A stretch of DNA of 64,000 bases from Daphnia carinata (Eukaryota), in the NCBI RefSeq assembly GCF_022539665.2, contig NC_081332.1, forward strand, positions 248,001-312,000, given 5' to 3'. Shown piece after piece: positions 11,215 through 20,293 of this stretch. Both the position numbers and the translations under genes were made by a program. The notes beneath the pieces are model-generated. The model was not told where the DNA came from, ran no database searches, and worked only from the letters and a program-made list of their open reading frames with translations. Numbering within the stretch: the stretch's first letter is position 1; each line of letters begins with the position of its first letter.

Positions 11215-11712
11215 GAGACAGTGAAGCCAACGACAAACATTTTTCAACACTACCCTTTTCGTAGAAGCCACTCTTGTGACAAACGCGTTTTTTTTTTCAT
11301 TTCCACTGTGAAAGTTTTCAAGTGTATCGTAGAAACGTACCCCTTCTTTAAGTCAACGTTTGAACCATTTCTCCTATGACTGGCTCTACCTTGAAAGCTA
11401 AAACATATTAACTGTTCTCCCCCCTTATTTTGTCGCCTGCTTCTTTTCCTCCCCGAATACTACTTTGATACACGGTTTGGAACACTAAGTAACAACCTAT
11501 TTCTGTGGTTTAAGTTATGCTGTTTTCTTCTGAATCGGTTAACTTGTTTTACTCTGAGTGCAATTTCCCTAAGACGATTATCTCCCAGTGATCGGGCGGA
11601 TCGATTTGGATTTGGTTCATGTTTGAATTAAAATTGAGAACGATGCGATCGAACACTGCCCTTGCAGTGCGAGTTGGATCTAAATGTTGGAACAAAAACC
11701 TAATGCAGAAAC

Positions 11713-11785
11713 TGCCCCGAGTGAGGTTCGAACTCACGACCTCGAGATTATGAGACTCGCGCGCTGCCTACTGCGCTATCGAGGC
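11713..11785 (-). tRNA. tRNA-Met(CAT), unit 11
   Basis: Same as unit 1 copy. Confidence 0.95.
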
Positions 11786-11884
11786 ATTGTATTAATTAGA
11801 AAATTAATCATGTAAAACAGATCATTCTTTGGTAGGGTGCAGTAAAGACACAAGTGAGGTTATCATGGCAGACACAATATGTAA

Positions 11885-11957
11885 GCCCGGTTAGCTCAGT
11901 CGGTAGAGCGCGGGACTTTTAATCCTGAGGTCGAGGGTTCAAGTCCCTCATCGGGCG
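11885..11957 (+). tRNA. tRNA-Lys(TTT), unit 11
   Basis: Same as unit 1 copy. Confidence 0.95.
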
Positions 11958-12074
11958 ACATGAAATCATATTCTATAATTCAAATATTGTGCATACATGC
12001 CCAATGCTGGGAATGTTTATTGAAAAAAGGCTTACGGTTCATTGTTACTCGAGTAAAATTGTAATCAGTTTGTG

Positions 12075-12156
12075 GACGAGGTGACCGAGCGGTTAAGGTG
12101 ATGGACTGCTAATCCATTGTGCATTGCACGCGTGGGTTCGAATCCCATCTTCGTCG
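12075..12156 (+). tRNA. tRNA-Ser(GCT), unit 11
   Basis: Same as unit 1 copy. Confidence 0.95.
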
Positions 12157-12268
12157 TAATCATTTAGTCCTCCAATTGATACCGAAATTTATCGAATACT
12201 TACGAAATTATAATCGCAATAAAACCGTTGGTTTCTTCGTGAAACTTACAGGGTCGAACTTATATGAC

Positions 12269-12340
12269 GGTTCCATGGTGTAATGGTTAGCACTTCAGAC
12301 TCTGACTCTGACAATCTGAGTTCGATTCTCAGTAGGACCT
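12269..12340 (+). tRNA. tRNA-Gln(CTG), unit 11
   Basis: Same as unit 1 copy. Confidence 0.88.
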
Positions 12341-12847
12341 GAGACAGTGAAGCCAACGACAAACATTTTTCAACACTACCCTTTTCGTAGAAGCCACTCT
12401 TGTGACAAACGCGTTTTTTTTTTTCATTTCCACTGTGAAAGTTTTCAAGTGTATCGTAGAAACGTACCCCTTCTTTAAGTCAACGTTTGAACCATTTCTC
12501 CTGTGTCCTTGAGACTGGCTCTACCTTGAAAGCTAAAACATATTAACTGTTCTCCCCCCTTATTTTGTCGCCTGCTTCTTTTCCTCCCCGAATACTACTT
12601 TGATACACGGTTTGGAACACTAAGTAACAACCTATTTCTGTGGTTTAAGTTATGCTGTTTTCTTCTGAATCGGTTAACTTGTTTTACTCTGAGTGCAATT
12701 TCCCTAAGACGATTATCTCCCAGTGATCGGGCGGATCGATTTGGATTTGGTTCATGTTTGAATTAAAATTGAGAACGATGCGATCGAACACTGCCCTTGC
12801 AGTGCGAGTTGGATCTAAATGTTGGAACAAAAACCTAATGCAGAAAC

Positions 12848-12920
12848 TGCCCCGAGTGAGGTTCGAACTCACGACCTCGAGATTATGAGACTCGCGCGCT
12901 GCCTACTGCGCTATCGAGGC
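12848..12920 (-). tRNA. tRNA-Met(CAT), unit 12
   Basis: Same as unit 1 copy. Confidence 0.95.
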
Positions 12921-13019
12921 ATTGTATTAATTAGAAAATTAATCATGTAAAACAGATCATTCTTTGGTAGGGTGCAGTAAAGACACAAGTGAGGTTATCA
13001 TGGCAGACACAATATGTAA

Positions 13020-13092
13020 GCCCGGTTAGCTCAGTCGGTAGAGCGCGGGACTTTTAATCCTGAGGTCGAGGGTTCAAGTCCCTCATCGGGCG
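13020..13092 (+). tRNA. tRNA-Lys(TTT), unit 12
   Basis: Same as unit 1 copy. Confidence 0.95.
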
Positions 13093-13209
13093 ACATGAAA
13101 TCATATTCTATAATTCAAATATTGTGCATACATGCCCAATGCTGGGAATGTTTATTGAAAAAAGGCTTACGGTTCATTGTTACTCGAGTAAAATTGTAAT
13201 CAGTTGGCG

Positions 13210-13291
13210 GACGAGGTGACCGAGCGGTTAAGGTGATGGACTGCTAATCCATTGTGCATTGCACGCGTGGGTTCGAATCCCATCTTCGTCG
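13210..13291 (+). tRNA. tRNA-Ser(GCT), unit 12
   Basis: Same as unit 1 copy. Confidence 0.95.
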
Positions 13292-13403
13292 TGAACATTT
13301 AGTCCTCCAATTGATACCGAAATTTATCGAATACTTACGAAATTATAATCGCAATAAAACCGTTGGTTTCTTCGTGAAACTTACAGGGTCGAACTTATAT
13401 GAC

Positions 13404-13475
13404 GGTTCCATGGTGTAATGGTTAGCACTTCAGACTCTGACTCTGACAATCTGAGTTCGATTCTCAGTAGGACCT
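13404..13475 (+). tRNA. tRNA-Gln(CTG), unit 12
   Basis: Same as unit 1 copy. Confidence 0.88.
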
Positions 13476-13981
13476 GAGACAGTGAAGCCAACGACAAACA
13501 TTTTTCAACACTACCCTTTTCGTAGAAGCCACTCTTGTGACAAACGCGTTTTTTTTTTCATTTCCACTGTGAAAGTTTTCAAGTGTATCGTAGAAACGTA
13601 CCCCTTCTTTAAGTCAACGTTTGAACCATTTCTCCTGTGTCCTTGAGACTGGCTCTACCTTGAAAGCTAAAACATATTAACTGTTCTCCCCCCTTATTTT
13701 GTCGCCTGCTTCTTTTCCTCCCCGAATACTACTTTGATACACGGTTTGGAACACTAAGTAACAACCTATTTCTGTGGTTTAAGTTATGCTGTTTTCTTCT
13801 GAATCGGTTAACTTGTTTTACTCTGAGTGCAATTTCCCTAAGACGATTATCTCCCAGTGATCGGGCGGATCGATTTGGATTTGGTTCATGTTTGAATTAA
13901 AATTGAGAACGATGCGATCGAACACTGCCCTTGCAGTGCGAGTTGGATCTAAATGTTGGAACAAAAACCTAATGCAGAAAC

Positions 13982-14054
13982 TGCCCCGAGTGAGGTTCGA
14001 ACTCACGACCTCGAGATTATGAGACTCGCGCGCTGCCTACTGCGCTATCGAGGC
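13982..14054 (-). tRNA. tRNA-Met(CAT), unit 13
   Basis: Same as unit 1 copy. Confidence 0.95.
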
Positions 14055-14153
14055 ATTGTATTAATTAGAAAATTAATCATGTAAAACAGATCATTCTTTG
14101 GTAGGGTGCAGTAAAGACACAAGTGAGGTTATCATGGCAGACACAATATGTAA

Positions 14154-14226
14154 GCCCGGTTAGCTCAGTCGGTAGAGCGCGGGACTTTTAATCCTGAGGT
14201 CGAGGGTTCAAGTCCCTCATCGGGCG
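14154..14226 (+). tRNA. tRNA-Lys(TTT), unit 13
   Basis: Same as unit 1 copy. Confidence 0.95.
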
Positions 14227-14343
14227 ACATGAAATCATATTCTATAATTCAAATATTGTGCATACATGCCCAATGCTGGGAATGTTTATTGAAAAAAGGC
14301 TTACGGTTCATTGTTACTCGAGTAAAATTGTAATCAGTTTGTG

Positions 14344-14425
14344 GACGAAGTGACCGAGCGGTGAACGTGATGGACTACTAATCCATTGTGCATTGCACGC
14401 GTGGATTCGAATCCCATTTTCGTTG
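14344..14425 (+). pseudogene. tRNA-Ser pseudogene (anticodon ACT), unit 13
   Basis: About 7 substitutions versus consensus, including G34>A, B box GGATTCGAATCC (G53>A) and a D-stem mismatch. Confidence 0.8.
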
Positions 14426-14537
14426 TATTCATTTAATCCTCCAATTGATACCGAAATTTATCGAATACTTACGAAATTATAATCGCAATAAAACCGTTGG
14501 TTTCTTCGTGAAACTTACAGGGTCGAACTTATATGAC

Positions 14538-14609
14538 GGTTCTATGGTGTAATGGTTAGCACTTCAGACTCTGACTCTGACAATCTGAGTTCGATTCTCA
14601 GTAGGACCT
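14538..14609 (+). tRNA. tRNA-Gln(CTG), unit 13 (fully paired acceptor GGTTCTA/TAGGACC)
   Basis: T6 restores pairing with A67. Confidence 0.92.
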
Positions 14610-15116
14610 GAGACAGTGAAGCCAACGACAAACATTTTTCAACACTACCCTTTTCGTAGAAGCCACTCTTGTGACAAACGCGTTTTTTTTTTTCATTTCC
14701 ACTGTGAAAGTTTTCAAGTGTATCGTAGAAACGTACCCCTTCTTTAAGTCAACGTTTGAACCATTTCTCCTGTGTCCTTGAGACTGGCTCTACCTTGAAA
14801 GCTAAAACATATTAACTGTTCTCCCCCCTTATTTTGTCGCCTGCTTCTTTTCCTCCCCGAATACTACTTTGATACACGGTTTGGAACACTAAGTAACAAC
14901 CTATTTCTGTGGTTTAAGTTATGCTGTTTTCTTCTGAATCGGTTAACTTGTTTTACTCTGAGTGCAATTTCCCTAAGACGATTATCTCCCAGTGATCGGG
15001 CGGATCGATTTGGATTTGGTTCATGTTTGAATTAAAATTGAGAACGATGCGATCGAACACTGCCCTTGCAGTGCGAGTTGGATCTAAATGTTGGAACAAA
15101 AACCTAATGCAGAAAC

Positions 15117-15189
15117 TGCCCCGAGTGAGGTTCGAACTCACGACCTCGAGATTATGAGACTCGCGCGCTGCCTACTGCGCTATCGAGGC
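15117..15189 (-). tRNA. tRNA-Met(CAT), unit 14
   Basis: Same as unit 1 copy. Confidence 0.95.
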
Positions 15190-15288
15190 ATTGTATTAAT
15201 TAGAAAATTAATCATGTAAAACAGATCATTCTTTGGTAGGGTGCAGTAAAGACACAAGTGAGGTTATCATGGCAGACACAATATGTAA

Positions 15289-15361
15289 GCCCGGTTAGCT
15301 CAGTCGGTAGAGCGCGGGACTTTTAATCCTGAGGTCGAGGGTTCAAGTCCCTCATCGGGCG
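15289..15361 (+). tRNA. tRNA-Lys(TTT), unit 14
   Basis: Same as unit 1 copy. Confidence 0.95.
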
Positions 15362-15478
15362 ACATGAAATCATATTCAATAATTCAAATATTGTGCATAC
15401 ATGCCCAATGCTGGGAATGTTTATTGAAAAAAGGCTTACGGTTCATTGTTACTCGAGTAAAATTGTAATCAGTTGGTG

Positions 15479-15560
15479 GACGAGGTGACCGAGCGGTTAA
15501 GGTGATGGACTGCTAATCCATTGTGCATTGCACGCGTGGGTTCGAATCCCATCTTCGTCG
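15479..15560 (+). tRNA. tRNA-Ser(GCT), unit 14
   Basis: Same as unit 1 copy; this copy has TTTT just downstream. Confidence 0.95.
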
Positions 15561-15672
15561 TGAAATTTTAATCCTCCAATTGATACCGAAATTTATCGAA
15601 TACTTACGAAATTATAATCGCAATAAAACCGTTGGTTTCTTCGTGAAACTTACAGGGTCGAACTTATATGAC

Positions 15673-15744
15673 GGTTCCATGGTGTAATGGTTAGCACTTC
15701 AGACTCTGACTCTGACAATCTGAGTTCGATTCTCAGTAGGACCT
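15673..15744 (+). tRNA. tRNA-Gln(CTG), unit 14
   Basis: Same as unit 1 copy. Confidence 0.88.
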
Positions 15745-16249
15745 GAGACAGTGAAGCCAACGACAAACATTTTTCAACACTACCCTTTTCGTAGAAGCCA
15801 CTCTTGTGACAAACGCGTTTTTTTTTTCATTTCCACTGTGAAAGTTTTCAAGTGTATCGTAGAAACGTACCCCTTCTTTAAGTCAACGTTTGAACCATTT
15901 CTCCTGTGTCCTTGAGACTGGCTCTACCTTGAAAGCTAAAACATATTAACTGTTCTCCCCCTTATTTTGTCGCCTGCTTCTTTTCCTCCCCGAATACTAC
16001 TTTGATACACGGTTTGGAACACTAAGTAACAACCTATTTCTGTGGTTTAAGTTATGCTGTTTTCTTCTGAATCGGTTAACTTGTTTTACTCTGAGTGCAA
16101 TTTCCCTAAGACGATTATCTCCCAGTGATCGGGCGGATCGATTTGGATTTGGTTCATGTTTGAATTAAAATTGAGAACGATGCGATCGAACACTGCCCTT
16201 GCAGTGCGAGTTGGATCTAAATGTTGGAACAAAAACCTAATGCAGAAAC

Positions 16250-16322
16250 TGCCCCGAGTGAGGTTCGAACTCACGACCTCGAGATTATGAGACTCGCGCG
16301 CTGCCTACTGCGCTATCGAGGC
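16250..16322 (-). tRNA. tRNA-Met(CAT), unit 15
   Basis: Same as unit 1 copy. Confidence 0.95.
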
Positions 16323-16421
16323 ATTGTATTAATTAGAAAATTAATCATGTAAAACAGATCATTCTTTGGTAGGGTGCAGTAAAGACACAAGTGAGGTTAT
16401 CATGGCAGACACAATATGTAA

Positions 16422-16494
16422 GCCCGGTTAGCTCAGTCGGTAGAGCGCGGGACTTTTAATCCTGAGGTCGAGGGTTCAAGTCCCTCATCGGGCG
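16422..16494 (+). tRNA. tRNA-Lys(TTT), unit 15
   Basis: Same as unit 1 copy. Confidence 0.95.
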
Positions 16495-16611
16495 ACATGA
16501 AATCATATTCTATAATTCAAATATTGTGCATACATGCCCAATGCTGGGAATGTTTATTGAAAAAAGGCTTACGGTTCATTGTTACTCGAGTAAAATTGTA
16601 ATCAGTTTGCG

Positions 16612-16693
16612 GACGAGGTGACCGAGCGGTTAAGGTGATGGACTGCTAATCCATTGTGCATTGCACGCGTGGGTTCGAATCCCATCTTCGTCG
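16612..16693 (+). tRNA. tRNA-Ser(GCT), unit 15
   Basis: Same as unit 1 copy. Confidence 0.95.
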
Positions 16694-16805
16694 TGATCGT
16701 TTAATCCTCCAATTGATACCGAAATTTATCGAATACTTACGAAATTATAATCGCAATAAAACCGTTGGTTTCTTCGTGAAACTTACAGGGTCGAACTTAT
16801 ATGAC

Positions 16806-16877
16806 GGTTCTATGGTGTAATGGTTAGCACTTCAGACTCTGACTCTGACAATCTGAGTTCAAATCTCAGTAGGACCT
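16806..16877 (+). tRNA. tRNA-Gln(CTG), unit 15 (fully paired acceptor, T-loop TTCAAAT)
   Basis: GGTTCTA...GAGTTCAAATCTCAGTAGGACCT. Confidence 0.93.
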
Positions 16878-17384
16878 GAGACAGTGAAGCCAACGACAAA
16901 CATTTTTCAACACTACCCTTTTCGTAGAAGCCACTCTTGTGACAAACGCGTTTTTTTTTTTCATTTCCACTGTGAAAGTTTTCAAGTGTATCGTAGAAAC
17001 GTACCCCTTCTTTAAGTCAACGTTTGAACCATTTCTCCTGTGTCCTTGAGACTGGCTCTACCTTGAAAGCTAAAACATATTAACTGTTCTCCCCCCTTAT
17101 TTTGTCGCCTGCTTCTTTTCCTCCCCGAATACTACTTTGATACACGGTTTGGAACACTAAGTAACAACCTATTTCTGTGGTTTAAGTTATGCTGTTTTCT
17201 TCTGAATCGGTTAACTTGTTTTACTCTGAGTGCAATTTCCCTAAGACGATTATCTCCCAGTGATCGGGCGGATCGATTTGGATTTGGTTCATGTTTGAAT
17301 TAAAATTGAGAACGATGCGATCGAACACTGCCCTTGCAGTGCGAGTTGGATCTAAATGTTGGAACAAAAACCTAATGCAGAAAC

Positions 17385-17457
17385 TGCCCCGAGTGAGGTT
17401 CGAACTCACGACCTCGAGATTATGAGACTCGCGCGCTGCCTACTGCGCTATCGAGGC
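17385..17457 (-). tRNA. tRNA-Met(CAT), unit 16
   Basis: Same as unit 1 copy. Confidence 0.95.
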
Positions 17458-17556
17458 ATTGTATTAATTAGAAAATTAATCATGTAAAACAGATCATTCT
17501 TTGGTAGGGTGCAGTAAAGACACAAGTGAGGTTATCATGGCAGACACAATATGTAA

Positions 17557-17629
17557 GCCCGGTTAGCTCAGTCGGTAGAGCGCGGGACTTTTAATCCTGA
17601 GGTCGAGGGTTCAAGTCCCTCATCGGGCG
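17557..17629 (+). tRNA. tRNA-Lys(TTT), unit 16
   Basis: Same as unit 1 copy. Confidence 0.95.
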
Positions 17630-17746
17630 ACATGAAATCATATTCTATAATTCAAATATTGTGCATACATGCCCAATGCTGGGAATGTTTATTGAAAAAA
17701 GGCTTACGGTTCATTGTTACTCGAGTAAAATTGTAATCAGTTTGCG

Positions 17747-17828
17747 GACGAGGTGACCGAGCGGTTAAGGTGATGGACTGCTAATCCATTGTGCATTGCA
17801 CGCGTGGGTTCGAATCCCATCTTCGTCG
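17747..17828 (+). tRNA. tRNA-Ser(GCT), unit 16
   Basis: Same as unit 1 copy. Confidence 0.95.
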
Positions 17829-17940
17829 TGATCGTTTAATCCTCCAATTGATACCGAAATTTATCGAATACTTACGAAATTATAATCGCAATAAAACCGT
17901 TGGTTTCTTCGTGAAACTTACAGGGTCGAACTTATATGAC

Positions 17941-18012
17941 GGTTCCATGGTGTAATGGTTAGCACTTCAGACTCTGACTCTGACAATCTGAGTTCGATTC
18001 TCAGTAGGACCT
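17941..18012 (+). tRNA. tRNA-Gln(CTG), unit 16
   Basis: Same as unit 1 copy. Confidence 0.88.
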
Positions 18013-18521
18013 GAGACAGTGAAGCCAACGACAAACATTTTTCAACACTACCCTTTTCGTAGAAGCCACTCTTGTGACAAACGCGTTTTTTTTTTTTTCA
18101 TTTCCACTGTGAAAGTTTTCAAGTGTATCGTAGAAACTTACCCCTTCTTTAAGTCAACGTTTGAACCATTTCTCCTGTGTCCTTGAGACTGGCTCTACCT
18201 TGAAAGCTAAAACATATTAACTGTTCTCCCCCCTTATTTTGTCGCCTGCTTCTTTTCCTCCCCGAATACTACTTTGATACACGGTTTGGAACACTAAGTA
18301 ACAACCTATTTCTGTGGTTTAAGTTATGCTGTTTTCTTCTGAATCGGTTAACTTGTTTTACTCTGAGTGCAATTTCCCTAAGACGATTATCTCCCAGTGA
18401 TCGGGCGGATCGATTTGGATTTGGTTCATGTTTGAATTAAAATTGAGAACGATGCGATCGAACACTGCCCTTGCAGTGCGAGTTGGATCTAAATGTTGGA
18501 ACAAAAACCTAATGCAGAAAC

Positions 18522-18594
18522 TGCCCCGAGTGAGGTTCGAACTCACGACCTCGAGATTATGAGACTCGCGCGCTGCCTACTGCGCTATCGAGGC
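18522..18594 (-). tRNA. tRNA-Met(CAT), unit 17
   Basis: Same as unit 1 copy. Confidence 0.95.
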
Positions 18595-18693
18595 ATTGTA
18601 TTAATTAGAAAATTAATCATGTAAAACAGATCATTCTTTGGTAGGGTGCAGTAAAGACACAAGTGAGGTTATCATGGCAGACACAATATTTAA

Positions 18694-18766
18694 GCCCGGT
18701 TAGCTCAGTCGGTAGAGCGCGGGACTTTTAATCCTGAGGTCAAGGGTTCAAGTCCCTCATCGGGCG
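18694..18766 (+). tRNA. tRNA-Lys(TTT), unit 17 (A:C mismatch at the base of the T stem)
   Basis: CAAGGGTTCAAGTCCCTC. Confidence 0.85.
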
Positions 18767-18780
18767 ACATGAAATCATAT

Positions 18781-19075
18781 ACTCACCATCCGTTGGAGAT
18801 GATCGTCTTTCTCCATCCGATCGCTTTAGCCTTGGATGGTCGGAACATGCGGCCACGGGAAATAGCTCGGGCAGAGTAGTGGGGGCAGTCAGTCTTTTGG
18901 TGTTAATCAGTCCAGTTAGTCGATTTGTGTTGGTCTATGTGTTTTAACGTGCGCGCTTCTACCATTAGTGTATCCAGTTTTTCTCCCTTGTAATGTTATC
19001 TTCCTAGTGACATACTGTGTGTAGTTGGTTGATCGAAGCCCTCTAATAAACGTTTTTCCCAGATCACTCGTTACA
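18781..19075 (+). repeat. 5' LTR of element 1 (first 99 bp missing)
   Basis: Matches 26954-27248 with 6 substitutions in 295 bp; AATAAA; ends CGTTACA. Confidence 0.95.
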
Positions 19076-19087
19076 TGGTGGAGATGC
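19076..19087 (+). promoter_or_regulatory. Primer binding site, tRNA-Ala type
   Basis: TGGTGGAGATGC, complementary to the ...GCATCTCCACCA 3' end of eukaryotic tRNA-Ala. Confidence 0.85.
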
Positions 19088-19372
19088 AGGGTACACCTGC
19101 CTGCTAGAGCGAGGTAAGTCTTTTGGCGTTTTCGTGAAGGTAATAGTGGAGTAAGGAGCTAGGAGGCGGGTACTGTTGAGAGGTCCTTGGGAAGTGCGAC
19201 CAGCGGGTACGGTTACCTTAAATTGCTTGGGCATAGGACCACAGTTCCGGCCGAACTTCTTGCCCCTCTATTTTCCTCCACCGCCTGTGAAGACCTTGTT
19301 CTGTGGGTAAAATAGGTGTACGGGGGGAACCTTGAGACCGGAGAGTCGTAGGATTTCGGGTTAAGGGGGTAG

Positions 19373-20293
19373 ATGAATTTTGGTCAACTTAGGCAAAGTA
19401 AAAGGATAAGGGGGATAGCAGCCTCACCTGAGAGGGAGACTAGGGAGCACGTAGAACAAGGAAGGGAATTGGGGGTTAAGCCTAAAGCCCCGACGGGAGC
19501 CTGCGTAGACGCAGGGACTCAGACTTCGCCCACGATCGGCCATTCGGCTTCAAACCTTGGAGCTGAATCTCAGAAACCGGTCGGGAGCGTAGGTGCACAG
19601 ACTCAGGTTGTCTGTAATTACCAGAGGTTGCGAGAGCAACAGAAACCTCGGGATAGTGGGATAGGAGAGCAGACGGTAGTCGAGCCGGAGAGCACCGGTG
19701 AGGAAGTAGGTGGGAGAGAACATGCGTCAACGTACCCACTTTTCCTCGACAGTAAGTCGGCCAGTAGGGGCGAGTTAGTTGAGGGTGCAATAGAGGGAAC
19801 GGTCGCCGAATCCCTGCAGTGGGACTCGGGAGATTTGCGCGAGGTTTTGGCGGAACCGGGACCTTCAGAAGGAGAGGCTAGCGGAGACTTGGGCTCAAGC
19901 TTCCGGGGGGCAAGCTTCCGGGGTTGGAGAGGTCCTAACGATTCTTCGGGAGGTTCGCCTGTAGAGACTTCTAGTGACGAAGGGGAGACCAGCGGCGAAG
20001 TTGATAGTAGCACCGTCCCTTTCCCCTTACCACAGCTCGCAATGGACCAGCGGGCACCGGCCCCTCAGCTGAAGTATCGTTCTCCTCCAATTTTCTGCGG
20101 GAAAAAGGAGGAGGATGCGGCCGATTGGTTGGAGCGCTACGAGAGTACTGCTCAGTACAACCGCTGGGGGAATACCGAGAAGGCCGAAATTTTGGAATGC
20201 ATTTGGATGGAGCGGCTCGTAAGTGGTTTCTTTGCTCGGGCGCTCCCACGGATTGGGAGGATACTCCAGCGGTGGCAGCGGCACCGGGGGTAG
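19373..20293 (+). CDS. gag: Gag N-terminal part (frameshifted at ~20185 within the capsid domain)
   Basis: PPIFCGKKEEDAADWLERYESTAQYNRW retrotransposon capsid motif; the domain continues in the -1 frame (HLDGAARKWF). Confidence 0.8.
   Translation: MNFGQLRQSKRIRGIAASPERETREHVEQGRELGVKPKAPTGACVDAGTQTSPTIGHSASNLGAESQKPVGSVGAQTQVVCNYQRLREQQKPRDSGIGEQTVVEPESTGEEVGGREHASTYPLFLDSKSASRGELVEGAIEGTVAESLQWDSGDLREVLAEPGPSEGEASGDLGSSFRGASFRGWRGPNDSSGGSPVETSSDEGETSGEVDSSTVPFPLPQLAMDQRAPAPQLKYRSPPIFCGKKEEDAADWLERYESTAQYNRWGNTEKAEILECIWMERLVSGFFARALPRIGRILQRWQRHRG

Larger units (their letters stand above)
1..18780. repeat. Tandem tRNA-gene array, ~1134-bp unit (Met/Lys/Ser/Gln), ~16.5 near-identical units
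   Basis: The same sequence recurs every 1126-1140 bp (landmarks at 211, 1346, 2479, 3614, 4749, 5889 ... 18358). Units differ by a few SNPs, homopolymer lengths and small indels. Confidence 0.99.

Noticed and set aside
20180..20196. AAATTTT as a programmed -1 frameshift in element 1
   Set aside because: The heptamer is not in the zero-frame phase and lies mid-capsid; more likely a 1-bp lesion or sequencing error.
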